This document shows, one piece after another, positions 34,713-48,029 of a DNA stretch of 63,009 bases. The DNA is from Nemertoderma westbladi (Eukaryota > Animalia > Xenacoelomorpha): contig JAUCBJ010003826.1 of NCBI GenBank assembly GCA_032718475.1, positions 1 through 63,009 on the forward strand. The letters are read 5' to 3'. The number at the start of each line of letters is the position of its first letter. Within the stretch, counting starts at the first letter, position 1. The notes beneath the pieces were generated by a model. It saw only the letters and a program-made list of their open reading frames with translations, was not told where the DNA came from and did no database searches. Both the position numbers and the translations under genes were made by a program.

Positions 34713-37302
34713 TTTATCGAGAAGTTTATCCGCAGTGGCGAACTCATTTCAATTATATATATATTCCTTTAGTTGGCCGGGCTGTGCAGCTTGGGCCATT
34801 TTATCGTGCATTCTAATTGATCATAAAAATAATTGCGAATTATTTTTGACCAAAATTGTGTACCCCTCTTAACTAATTTTAAATATTGGAATGTGCAGAC
34901 AGAGTTACAAAACGACTCATATTTGAAATAATAGTTGTAGTAGCTTTGATATAGTACAGTACAGGCCACCAGAAAAAGCAGATTTCTCCCAATGTGATCA
35001 CATGTGAACACATTTGTTCAAGTCATCTGATTGGCAGGTTATGGCGAGTTATCTAGCTAACTTGCTGGGACCGACAAAGGCTTAGTGTGCGGTGCGCCTG
35101 TATGTCTGATATCAGGTAGATGAGAGTGCCCAGCCCACAGGGCGTAACATTGCGGACATGGGCTGTATTGGTAGAGAGAGAACTACATACAAGACCACAT
35201 GGGTTCATGGAGTGTATGGGTGGATGGGTATATGGATGGACGAGCCTAGACCATTGAATAATTAATTTAGTGCAGGGAGATGTCGCGCCATTAGTCTGAC
35301 ACCGAGTGGGCACAGAGAAACACCAGAAGATGCCTTAATATCACTAACTATAGGCCTGCCTACTAGACACTATTAACCGCACACTATAAAGGTAAACAAA
35401 ATCCTTATCGCATTTCCATCGCAGTGAGTGACAGTTCGCGGCAAACTACAGAGAGTTTCCAGATTACTAAGTGTTTCAAAAGTATTCAATTGTATCCTTT
35501 GGCGAAAAAATTTTGGTTGTTGCCAATTCAATTCTGTTCAATTATGTTCAATTGTCCCGTTCAACAACATTACATTACACTGGTACACATTTGATAAAAT
35601 GTGTTCACAATTGTACAAATCTGCGTTTTCTGGTGGCCTGTACTGTAGTACATATAGCAGGTCTATAACGTATACACTACACGCACGCTCTTGTACATCT
35701 ATCACTTACTCACATTGAACACCAACCAAAACACCAATGACAACTACAGGCCTTCCAAAAAAGCAGCCATTATGAGTCCAGATTGCTGCTGTCTAAGCAG
35801 GTAATATAAGGACCATTTGAATTACTGGGAGGAAAACTTGGGATAGGAGTAGCGGCCACACCCCTTCGGGTAGATGAGCCATCAAAAAATCATATTACAG
35901 TACTTTACAGTCCCAATCCCAATAAACATTAAAGGAAAGAGGAGAAAATCGCGTCCCGTTAATTCATTAGATATGATGAAATGAACTATCAACAAGTAGA
36001 CGTTTGCCTCAACCCTGTAGAGTATCCACACATCCACACATAAAAATAAATTGTTATACAAATGGACTACAAAAACACCAGAAAGAAGGCGGCAAACCAC
36101 TGAAAATGTCATCCGTACGAACTACGGACCCAAAACCAACGAAGCAAAAATGGCAACACACCAATTGCAGCATGGAGTTTATATTACGACGAGACAATGC
36201 TGAACGAAATTATGGAAAATACCAACAATAAAATCCGAATAAGAAATTCAAAGAGTCCAGTAACACCGAAAATGAAATCTAATAATCGGGTTGCAGGAAC
36301 TCGAAACGAGATAACACTAGTAGAATTACGAGCATATATTGGTGTCGTATATGCTCGAGGATATTACGGGCGAAATTTAGCCAACACACAGATGTTGTTC
36401 GATAACAAGAGGGGTGAAGCTATCTTTGGGGCAACAATGTCTCGTGAGAGATTTCGATTCCTCAATGCCATGTTGTCTTTTGATAATGTCGAGACTAGGG
36501 CAACGCGATACAAACGGGATAAGTTTACCGCCATCCGTGACGTATTCGAAACATTTAATCAGAATTGTTTGAGACACTGGATTCCAGGTAAATAAATGAC
36601 ATGTGTTACTATTATTAACCTGATCAAATATAATTTATATTATATAACATAAATATATTATAGTATATAACTTATATTAGTTTTAGTAGTGTATTTTTAA
36701 ATTTGTAACCAAGTGAAAATATGCTGCAAAACTTTAAAGGTAATTCTATGTTATGTTGGACAATACCTATATATATTGTTTGATGTATTTGTTATTGTTT
36801 TTATATACTATATGAATAAATAATGCTGTCCGACAATCAATCTATCTATATAAATAATACAAAAATAAATGCTGAATAATGTTTATATATTTTTCTTGTT
36901 ACCAGTAATCTTATTTTGTAGGTGACTTTCTCGCTGTGGACGAAACTCTGTATCCATCAAGACAGGAGGTGTCCCTCAAGAATTACAACCCCAAGAAACC
37001 GGCTAAGTATGGGTTTTTATTTCGTTCAGTGAATGAGGTTCGAACACCGTATGGTATGGTATAGGTATGGTATAATAAGCTATGACGTGTACATGAATTT
37101 CATGTATAGAACTACAAGATGGATATTATTAATAATAATTAGTTTACTACCTACTTACTAATTGTTTGATTCTCAGAAAATAAGCAGTAAAACGACCGCC
37201 ATACTCAAGAAAATTGACAACATTTCCACTTTTCTTCCTGTAGTAATCTATATAATTAATATATTAATTTTATTTATGATAAACAACACAATTGCCATTA
37301 TA

Positions 37303-38047
37303 CTTCACTCCAACCGTCCACCCTACTTTACTTCACTCCAACCGTACACACGACTGTACCTTACTCCAAACGTCCACCCTACTAAACCTCACTCCAACCA
37401 TCCACCCTACTTTACTTCACTCCAACCGTACACACGACTGACTGTACCTCACTCCAACCGTCCACCCGACTTTACTTCACTCTAACCGTCCACCCAACTG
37501 TACCTCACTCCAACCGTCCACCCTACTTTACTTCACTCCAACCGCCCACCCTACTTTACTTCACTCTAACTGTCCACCCAACTGTACCTCACTCCTACCG
37601 TACACACGACTGTACCTCACTCCAACCGTCCACCCGACTTTACTTCACTCCAACCGTACACACGACTGTACCTCACTCCAAACGTCCACCCTACTTTACC
37701 TCACTCCAACCGTCCACCCTACTTTACTTCACTCCAACCGTACACACGACTGTACTTCACTCCAACGGTCCACCCGACTTTATTTCACTCTAACCGTCCA
37801 CCCTACTTTACTTCACTCTAACTGTCCACCCAACTGTACCTCACTCCTACCGTACACACGACTGTACCTCACTCCAACCGTCCACCCAACTTTACTTCAC
37901 TCTAACCGCCCACCCTACTTTACTTCACTCTAACTGTCCACCCAACTGTACCTCACTCCTACCGTACACACGACTGTACCTCACTCCAACCGTCCACCCA
38001 ACTTTACTTCACTCCAACCGTCCACCCGACTTTACTTCACTCCAACC
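37303..38047. repeat. ~28-bp minisatellite within a piggyBac intron
   Basis: Variants of CACTCCAACCGTCCACCCTACTTTACTT. Confidence 0.95.
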
Positions 38048-38931
38048 CAAATTTTTGACACAAGTTAATTTATTTATTTTTTTTTTAGATTGGCGACGAC
38101 TTCTACATCAAAGGGAACGACCGTGTTGTCTTCCACCTTATTGATAAATTAGATTCGGAAATAGAAATAAAGGGTCGAAACGTCAGCACTGACCGCCTGT
38201 ACACATCAATACAGTAGCTTCAGATCTACTCCAGAAAGACATCACACTTATAGGCACAATTAATAACAGTAGAATAGGCATTCCAAAAGAAATAAAGAAC
38301 ACACAAAACCGAGATAACACCAGCACTATTATATTATATCAAAAGGAAAATCCAAAAATATCGTTGTCTTCATATGTTGTGCGAACTAAAAGTAAAGGAA
38401 TGAAGAATGTGTTGTTGCTATCCACCATGCCCCCAATGCTAATGCACACACAAGACGAAAAGAAAAAACCAGGTCACTATAAAGTGTATGACTTCACCAA
38501 AGGCGGCACCGACATCATGGACCAGCGCCAGGGTAGTTTAACTACAAAGTCAAAATCGAGGAAATGGACGATGACAGCCAATTCGTATATGCTTGATACA
38601 AGCCGAGTCAACGCGCAGACTGTGTGGGCATTCAACAACAACGTTCCTGCTAGAAAAGTGAGTAAAATAACAGCATCAGCATAATTATATTATTTTATTG
38701 CTAATGATATATCAAATAATATGTAGTTAAGAAAATAAATATGCAATTGTTAATAAATAATTATTAAAATAACAATCAACTTCACAAACACAGAAGGACA
38801 TAGCTTGTAAATAATTTTAACATTCCAATTTGGTTGTAATATGAACATTGTGAAATGAATATTTACGCATACTTGATGAAGAGGTCAAATCACTTACCCA
38901 ACCAAACTGGAAAGTTATAATTGCATGGCCA

Positions 38932-39038
38932 AGCAAGTTATATATTTGCTTGCCCAAATTGGCAAGTTATATATATTTGCTTGCCCAAATGGGCAAGTTA
39001 TATACATTTGCTTGCCCAAATGGGCAAGTTATATATAT
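38932..39038. repeat. ~30-bp tandem repeat, about 3.5 copies
   Basis: gcaagttatatatatttgcttgcccaaat(g/t)g units. Confidence 0.9.
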
Positions 39039-40639
39039 GAACTTGTCAAACTATAAATTTATATAACAATTTTCATAAAATGATAACTATTATTATGTGT
39101 ATCAGGTCAAGTCAGCCGGATTTCTGTGGAATTTAATAGAATCTTTGGTGATTCCTCACATCCGTGTCAGGGCGTCGGTATCAGGTCTCAACTTATCAAC
39201 CAAACACAAAATATCTATAATACTAGGTGAAGACATACAGACGACAACCCCTCCAACTTCTGGTACTTCAACTACATCTCCAGGGATGCCGCCTCACCTT
39301 ACAAAACCAGCTCGTTGTAAGAAGTGTGTTGCATCCTCAGCCGTAAATATAGGGGGAAGAAGAAGCGCACATTGGAATGTAAAGAAAGTAAAAACCTGCT
39401 GCTCGATATGTGGCAATGCATCATGTCTAAATCACAGCAGACTTATTTGTTCTTCCTGTGACGTCGACCAAGCCTTCGAATAAGCCACAGCCTATTATTA
39501 GACAGTGTGTGCATGTAAAGTGAAACGTTTATTTGTTGTAAAGTTTATTAATTAATTTTATATACACTTGCATAACATTTTTGACTCAAATATTAGGTAG
39601 AAAAGTATAAAGTTAGTTATAACTATTTACATCATTGTGACCCGAGTTTATTTATGTACCGAGCGAGCGCAACGAGGGAGGTTTACATAAATAAACGAGG
39701 GTCTTTAATGCTGAAAAGTAACTTTTGCAAGCAATGATGTATGTAATTTTGTTACATTACATTATGTCAACTTATCAGCGTTCGGTATGTGAAGAAAGGA
39801 TGTATTCGACACAGACACAGTATTAATTATACATTTAAATCAAATTAAAGTTTATTGGAAGTTATCTCCTGCTTGGATGTGATAAATCATTAATCCAGCT
39901 TGACTTTGGTCGACTGAAGCAAACTTAGTCACAGTCTTTGTTCCGTCCTATAGGCCGCAACTATAGGCCGTCATTTACCAGAATGCTCATAAGTTTGACA
40001 TAATGTAACAAAATTAGCAACTTACTTTGCTATAACTTGCCTTCTGATGGCGGGGATGATGGGGGCAGGAATCGGGTTAGTTAGGAAGCCAAGATGTACC
40101 CGGGAGAGGCCTTCATGCCTTACATTGCGAACTGAACTGTAGACTACGTCGCAAACTACGTAGCGAACTGTAGATTGCGAGTTGTGAACTGTGAATTGCT
40201 GACTGCTGATTGTGAATTGTACATTAGGAACTATAATTGGTAAGTATTAATTATTGATTGTTACGCTGATTGGTGTGTTACTAAAGTGTGCCTAATAAAT
40301 CATGAATGCTTAGATAGGCGCCCCTTTTTCCTTTGATTGATTTCTATTTCTTAGTTTACGATAAATAATTACTGATTAGGTCGAAAATAATACAGTATTT
40401 AGGCTGTTACTAGTGCAACCCATTGTGTAATAAATTAGAATTACGCATTCTGGAACACTTAGTAATTAGTACGCTGTTTCATATTTGTGACTGTAATTAA
40501 TTAGTAAAATTAAGAATTTGTACGCAGCATAGCGGAGAGTAGTTAAGTGGTTGGGGTGGTTAGTGTTGGGGGTGATTGGGGAGTAGGGGAAACAGTATAA
40601 TTGTATGTACAATCAACCTGATATACACGTATTCTCACA

Positions 40640-41035
40640 TATTAGAACTAGCATCATAGAGTTCTGTGGAAGCCAAGAACTCCCCTTGAGAGGCCATCGT
40701 GATTGTGGGACTTTAACCGAAGAGCTGATATCACATAATGATGGAGTGTTCTGAGCTGCAATGAGGTTGAAGTTGCAAGCTGCGGATGAGAATACCAAAA
40801 GTCTTATATACAACGCCCCAAAGAATGCTTCATATATGTCTGAAGTTATTCAGAATGAACTGATAGGCCTCATGGGGAATCTAATTCGACCGAACATCAT
40901 TGCTGATGTAAAAAGGGCTAAATATTTTACTGTATTTTAGCTGATGAGTCAACACACATAAGTTGTAAGTCTCAGCTTAGTACTTCACTTAGATAATGCT
41001 ATACGTGAAGACTTTGTTGCATTCATTGATGTAGC
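40640..41035 (+). pseudogene. hAT-superfamily transposase fragment (ZMYM1/DUF4371-like)
   Basis: IIEFCGSQELPLRGHRD..., YMSEVIQNELI...VKRAKYFTV/ADESTHISCKSQLS...IREDFVAFIDV across frameshifts. Confidence 0.8.
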
Positions 41036-41039
41036 AAAG

Positions 41040-41239
41040 ACAATAGGTGCCCCAACTTTCCCATCTTTATATTTGTGAACATGGGTCCAAAGAGTTCCAT
41101 AAGGAATTTTATGGATTTTTGAGGCTTTTTTAAGCGATGTCCCCTTGGAAATGGCTTTAATTGCTGCTTCCATACTCTCCGAAGTATAATTTTGGTAACC
41201 TCGTTTCCCTGGCTTACGACGTGTGTATGTCCGCACCAT
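41040..41239 (-). pseudogene. N-terminal psq-type HTH of a pogo/Tigger (CENP-B-like) transposase, truncated
   Basis: MVRTYTRRK..YTSESMEAAIKAI..SLKKASKIHKIPYGTLW..GAPIVF. Confidence 0.75.
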
Positions 41240-42486
41240 GTTGTACAAAATTAATAAATGATAATAAGCTTATTAGGTATAATACAGTTAAACCTACAGT
41301 ACTACTGCACTGTATGCAATGTAATATAATTATAATGCAATCATAATTACATTATGCTGTTATGAGGCCTACCAGTAAGTATTCAAGTTATTATTTATTA
41401 TTAATATTTATTTATTATTTATTTATTTATTTTATTATTATTATTGTTTAATATTATTATTTATATACCAGCCGACCTGTCCAGGTACCAGTACAGCCTA
41501 AGTGTAACATTAAGGGTTATGCAGGCAAGTCAAAAACAAATGATTTGAAATTTGTCATAACAATGTTACCCAACTCTACCAATGTTACCCTCCCTGGGTT
41601 ATCAATGTTGCCCCAGTTGACGGTAGTAGAACTAACTGTGGTCCACCTCCGTGGGACATCAACACCGACCTCCTCTATGGGTAATTGTGTACTAGTTGAA
41701 CTAACCACCCTGCCCAGGATATCAACTACAGGTCTACTGGTGTCTGGTACTACCGCTAGTAGAAGACATCGCCTCAGGTGAACCTTGCATAGGGAAGTGA
41801 ATGTGTGCTTCTGGTACTCCGATCTTGAGTCGTTCTTGATTCGCTTGTTCTCTATTATTTCATTTAGATACAGGTAATAAATCCATCCCATCATTTTTAT
41901 TAATTATTTTCTGGAGCGAAAAATTAAGTATCACTACTTTCATTAATTAAGTTTTCTATGTCACTTTCACCATTGGAATTAACAATATCTAGGAGTGCAT
42001 ATATATCATCACTAGTTGAGGTTTTACAAAGTTCAAAGTTTTTTTTTCTTTGGGAATCCATTACCACAGGCCTACATTGAAGGTCTATCCATTCCAAATT
42101 AAGAAGTTCGGCCTGTGGTTCATCGGTTCTTTGTGAGTTTCGGAAGCCTTCACCACAACTTTAGATGAGCAGTGCGCAGTAACTGGGAGAAGAGGCATAA
42201 GAAGATATTATTGGTCAGGTACACCAATAGCCATTGTCATACCAGAAATCCAATCTGCAATACCTTTTGGGCAACATTCCGACAATTCAAACTCTGTATT
42301 CCAGCACTTATCCATCGTTTTCTTAAAATATTCTTCCCTGTTCATAAATACACCTCAATTAGACATTTTTCAATTTACTTTAATAATAGTAAATAATATA
42401 ATTTGAAATACTAGTGTATCAACTCGTTTTACTGTGTTTTCCATCAGTACCATGACTATAATTGAGGCTTTGATCTGGTGTCATCG

Positions 42487-42600
42487 CGTTTCGGCAACTG
42501 ATACTAGTGTTATAGCCGCGTTTCGGCAACATGGTAACAAGGTTGCGTTTCGGCAACTAAGTGATTCATTTCGGCAACTCATAGTTGCATTTCGGCAATT
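42487..42600. repeat. Five spaced copies of TTTCGGCAA(C/T), probably a DNA-transposon subterminal repeat
   Basis: Copies at ~42488, 42520, 42547, 42568 and 42589. Confidence 0.6.
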
Positions 42601-42624
42601 GTTAACAGGATGCACTTAGGCAAA

Positions 42625-45600
42625 CTGATATTACGAATTAAAATTGAACTAACTGATAAAATTGAACGAACTGATATCGCGAACTAAAATTAAAGATAAA
42701 ATTAAAAATACTAATTAGATCTAAAAACCAATTTTACAAACATTCACAACAAATAAAAACATCATAATCGTGCAGGTATGTAAATTAGGTTGAGAGGTTG
42801 CAAATAGGCGTATAGATAAATCATAATTAATTAAAACTATACAAATGACTTAAATCTCCATTCTTAAGCAAATGATTGAAAGTGATAACATTCGGCGCAT
42901 TAACAACATCGTGAGGTAAACTGTTCCAAGTATTTACTGTACGTTGGGAAAAACGGTTATTTGAGATTACTAAGCGGCTAGACTGTATGTATAACTTGTA
43001 ATTATGACCACGAAGACCCGGGTGTTGGACATACTCGAAAAAATCGCCAAACTGAATATCTACTTTACCATGACACATGTTATACACCAAACGCAAATCA
43101 AAAATAATACACCTAGCTTGGAGAGGTTGCAAATTAAGAAATGCCAGCCTATTTAGGTAGCTATCATCTAGGTATGAGATATTGCACCTCTTAGAAAGCC
43201 TGCGGGTAAAATAACGTTGTGCACGTTCAACTAGTTTAATATTGAAAAGCTGATGGGGTGACCAGACAAGACAACTGTACTAAATTCTAATAATGGTCGC
43301 ACGTAGGATCTATAAGCAGTTAACAATGATTTCATATTGGAAGAATAAAAACACCGAAATATAATATTTATGACCTTGTATGCCTAAGAACCTGCTCCTT
43401 ACAGTATTTACTAAATTTTAAATCGTTGCACATGGTAATACCTATCTTTACAACTAGTTTTAACTTTGAGACAATTACCATTGAGAACATAATCACTTTG
43501 ATCCAGTTTACGATTCCCAATATGCAAAACATGACATTTAGAAGTAGCAACACTCAATTGCCAAGTATTACACCAAATCGACAATGTATCCAAAGCGCAC
43601 TGAATGTCAACATGTTTACTATGGTCAGCGTAAGTTTTTAGATCATCAGCAAATAGTTTAGTACTAACAGCATGCAAATTATTAGATAGGTCATTAATAA
43701 AAATAATAAATAAAACAGGGCCTACCACACTACCTTGAGGGGTACCCGATATGACGTCAACAAAATCTGAATAATTCCTACCAACAAGCACACGAAATTT
43801 ATGATTTGATAAAAAAGAATGAAACCAAGCTAACAAATTACCGGAAATTCCGTAAGCAGCAAGTTTTAGCAATAGTTTGGCGTGGACGACCTTGTCGAAG
43901 GCCTTCTCGAAGTCAATGTAAACAACATCAACATCTTTCCGTTTGTCCAGAATCTGAAACCAATCATTAGTGCACTCAACTAAATGAGTCGCAGTTGATT
44001 TACGTTTTAAGAATCCGTGCTGCTGCTTAGAGATTAGGCGGTTAGTTAATAGATACGATAGTAACTCCTTATTTATAATCGTTTCCATTACTTTGCACGC
44101 AACACATGTAAGTGAAATAGGTCTGTAATTATATGGGTTAGATGAGTCTCCCTTTTTATACATAGGTATTACAATTGCTGTACACCAAATAGAGGGTAAA
44201 GCGTGCGAAATGAATGACATTTCAAAAATAGCTGACAATGGTGCCGCTAGTTGGCGTGTCAGGTTCTTATACAAATTGCTAGGTATACTATTTACTAGTT
44301 TTACTAGGTAAATTGCGCAACACATTAAAAACAACATTGGGATTAAAATTAACATCGTGCAGTGAAATATTTGGCGGTGCCACATTATCCAAATCTGGTG
44401 TAGACTTGTCCTCGCAGTAATTTTCGGAAAGTACTTTGGAAAATATCTTAGCTTTAGTGGTATCATCAACAATGACTTCGCCAATAAACTTTAGAGGAGC
44501 TATACCGGATTTATAATTTCTTTTGGAGTTTATATAACTAAAAATAGCATTTGGTTTACCAGATTCTAATATTTTATTCTCTTTCAAACATGAATACCTG
44601 AATATTGTTCTAGTGATTTCCTTAGTACAATTTTTGTACTCGTTTTTACCCTGAATGGTATGGCGCCTTCGCAAGAGAAATTTCTTTTTATGTTGTAACT
44701 GTTTAATATGAAGCGGGTATTTCTTTTTGAAATCACTAGATATTTCTTTTTTAGGCACAAATTGATTAATACCATGTTTTAATAAGCAATCAAATCTTAA
44801 GCAATTTATTTTAATAAGCAATCGTCTATAGTAGTACAAGAACTAAAAATATCGTGCCAATTCTGAGAATCTAAATAATTAGAAAAAGATGTATAATCGC
44901 CATCTTTGAAATCAAAATACTGCAATGTGTCACTTTCGAAAAATTGGTAAGGGCCACATAAATTAAAAGTGACTGTGCTGTGGTCGCTACTAGAAAAGGG
45001 GGGATTTACTAGAACACTACTGACACATAGAACTTCTGTAGTGAATACCAAATCAAGGATATTATTGCCTCTAGAGGGCTTGTCTACTAACTCGGTAAAT
45101 CCAGCTTCATTAATACAGTTGAAAAAGCAACTATAAATATCGTTGATAGGAAAATACATTTCTTCCCAGTTAAAATTGTGACGAAATACATTCACATAAT
45201 AGGGTAATATCCTCGATTGAATTTCCAGACTGAGATCGATAAATACAAATTAAACGGGCATTAAACGCGTCCCCTAATATATCGATAGGAACAACTTCAC
45301 AATCAGAAAACTTACTGTTTAAAAATATCTGTGTACATTTCAGGGATTTAAGCACAAATAAAGCCACACCCCCTCCGATTGTATTAATTCGGTCTTTTCT
45401 AAAAACATTATACTGTTTTCCATTTAGTTTCTCAAGCATACCGTCAGTTATAGTATCACGTAACCAAGTCTCAGTGACACCAACAACATGATAATCGCAT
45501 GTTTCTAGAAACAAATTAAGCTCAGGAAGTTTATTACCTAAACTCAGACTGTTCATAAGGTGACAGTTAAGAAATGTGGATGGAATATATTCCTGTAAAG

Positions 45601-45910
45601 TGTCCCCATTTCCAGGAGTTATCGGGCTCGCAGACTCGGTGGTAACATTCCCAGTGGTGGCAGCTTCTCCCCCTAAAGGTTTTCCAAGCCAGATGTGTCT
45701 GATCTTTCTGTAGCGGAACTCCAAACAACTGGAACTGGGTCGGAAGTGGTGGTGCCTGGAGCAACACGGCCAGTAGCAGTAACCATGGCAACTGGGGTCC
45801 CATCACAATCGGTAGCCATGGCGCCTGTAGAGGTAAAGATCTCACTGGAAGTTGGTCTAGAAGAGGGGTCGCTGGTGGACGATCCGGCCGCTTGTGGTGG
45901 TTGTCTCATA
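42625..45910 (-). mobile_element. Degenerate CR1-group LINE (APE + RT, several frameshifts, most of ORF1 missing)
   Basis: SLGNKLPEL..VGVTETWL..GGGVALF; NILDLVF..SSSDH; NYRPISLT, YIDFEKAFDKV, GTPQGSVVGP, FADDLK; LRGHNYKL..WNSLP. Short repeat tail near 42625-42700. Confidence 0.92.
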
Positions 45911-48029
45911 TCATAATATTATAAATGATGAAAAGTTTAAAAGTTAGTTATTGTTTTCGATGGCAGAGTTGTTAACTGTTTGAGTTAGTTAGTTAATTTT
46001 AAATATAACCGCAGCTGAAGTTGTGGATGTGTACGTTTGTAACTGGAGTCTGTCTATGTCTGAAACACAAATCCCGTTTACAATTTCCAAGGGGAGTTTT
46101 TCTAATACAAAGCGAAGTGTACCTCACTGGGCAGGGTTTCTAGCTACAACTTGTATCTGTTACAATTGTATCTGTTATATGCAGTCAATAGCAAACACTG
46201 GCCAGTTCCCAGTCCCCATGATAGTGTACCTGTTCAGAGAGAGGCGCTTTCTTTCCTTTTATTGAATATGGTGCCTTAACCTACCAAATTATATTATAGA
46301 TTATTTATTATAGATATATTATAAATTATATTATTTCTTAAACAAATTAATCATCAGTAATATACCGGCAATAGAAACAAGATCACTATTATTTCTATAT
46401 TACAAATCGTGATGAAATTTATTGTATGCAATAAAGAATAGTATTTCTGTGTTTTTAATTAATTTTTAATTTTATTTATTTATGTTATTCGCTTTTACCG
46501 TCACCATTTTTATAGTTTAATTTTAAAGTGTGAACTAATAATGTAATTTTAATGGGCTCTTTGACATTTTAGACTGAACTGAAGGGACACGATTAATAAT
46601 ATAATTAGACTGTGACTGACATACTAATAATACCGTGTATATTTGTGCTTACTCAAATGTAATTTAGGAACACGTTTTATTGTGCTTTGATTAATGTTTA
46701 TATTGTAATTAAATTTTTCATTTTAATAAAATAATTTTAATCGAGTTCAGGATATTAAATGAAAGTAAATCACTTCCTGTTTACTAATAACTTATGTTAA
46801 CTAATACATTTTTTATGCATAACCGCGCCATATACATGAATTATGGTTTATTAGGAAGCCATGTAAAACATTATACATTGTAAAGGCACAGGTGGAAGTA
46901 AGACAAGAGTAGCTAGCAGCAGTGCACGTAACATAGTTAGCAGTTAGCAGAACCAGAAAGAAAGCGCCCTTGAAGCACAGCCCACCCACCACACACATAT
47001 CAGAGTACCTCCCATTGAATGATTGACATTTCATAACGGTAGTTGGCTAGCTTTGATAAGCGCCGCTGTCCCATAGGGCTAATGTAAAAATACTCTTTCT
47101 AGGAAGACGATTTTCTGAGTAGATACACTTGGAACCAAATGTCCCAATGTGGGTCCAGGGGAATGGATAATTAAATTCGTGGGGGGGGGGGGGGGGGGGG
47201 GGGGGACTTGATGCAAATCCCTACTCAACGATTTAATATCTTGTCTCTGTTAAAACTAACTTCGTTTAAACGTTTGCCCGAAGCGGTTGGAGCATTTGAA
47301 CCAGGGGATTGAGGCAACAGACGCGGAATCTGGCCGCCAACTGGAGGGCATCCAGTTATGGAAGCCAACGAGGCCCAATACTCCCCAACCTCTTTCTTCC
47401 TCAGCTATTCTGCCACCACCTGCATCAACTTCTAAAGAGCAAGAGTCACCTGTAGTGCTGTGTATTCCTGGTTCATTTATTAGTTGTCCATATTATGTAA
47501 GTTTTGTTTTATTAAAAAATTAGAATTGTACAACATTTGGTGGCATTTTGTAGATTTATAGGATATATTATTTTACAGTCTATATAAAAATTTTATTTCC
47601 ATAATATTAAAAATAATTATTTTGCTTTCACAATTAAATAATTTACATTTAAAATTTAATTTTGTACTTTTGGAATGTAGGCCTACCTCCGTTATCCATA
47701 TAAATTATTCTGATTACTGAAATATTTATACTTTCAAGCTTATTAAAATTTAAGTATTATTAATATTTAGAAATCAACAGAATTATGTAAAGATGGAAGA
47801 TATCGCTTTAGGACTGACGTAAGTTCATGTTATACAATACGCTATATGCATCTTATATAATTCATTATTTATGCAGGTGTTTACTGTTTATTGTTCATAA
47901 ATTTATAAATATCCTTTGCTGTATACTGAAATTATGGATGGATTATATGGTTGCTGGAATTATTTCTTCACAGCCACATGTAATAACACATAATATACTC
48001 CAGGAGTTTTGCCAGTGTATAATGCAGTT

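Larger units (their letters stand above)
36197..39483 (+). pseudogene. Intron-containing piggyBac (PGBD-like) transposase pseudogene; exons ~36197-36587, 36922-37053, 38089-38657, 39106-39483
   Basis: FGATMSRERFRFL..DKFTAIRDVFE; LAVDETLY..NPKKPAKYG; GRNVSTDRLYTS; VLLLSTM..YDFTKGGTDIMDQ; C-terminal Cys-rich domain. GT-AG junctions visible. Frameshift/stop near 38212, and the upstream part is also frameshifted. Confidence 0.9.
33396..39530 (+). mobile_element. piggyBac-family element (left end plus degenerate transposase)
   Basis: TTAA|CCCTTTGCTG at 33392-33405 lies upstream of the transposase exons. No matching right end was found, so the link between the two is inferred. Confidence 0.55.

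Noticed and set aside
40941-40975. CTGATGA as a hammerhead core
   Set aside because: No stem II or GAAA follows; it is the ADE codons of the hAT fragment.
41511-41520. Right end of the piggyBac element (AAGGGTTAT)
   Set aside because: No TTAA, and only a few bases match the left end.
41517-41894. ORFs 41517-41894 (-) and 41545-41781 (+)
   Set aside because: No recognisable motifs; cannot be supported as genes.
46960-47180. Possible SINE or LINE 3' fragment
   Set aside because: It looks repeat-like, but no A/B boxes, tail or TSD could be identified.
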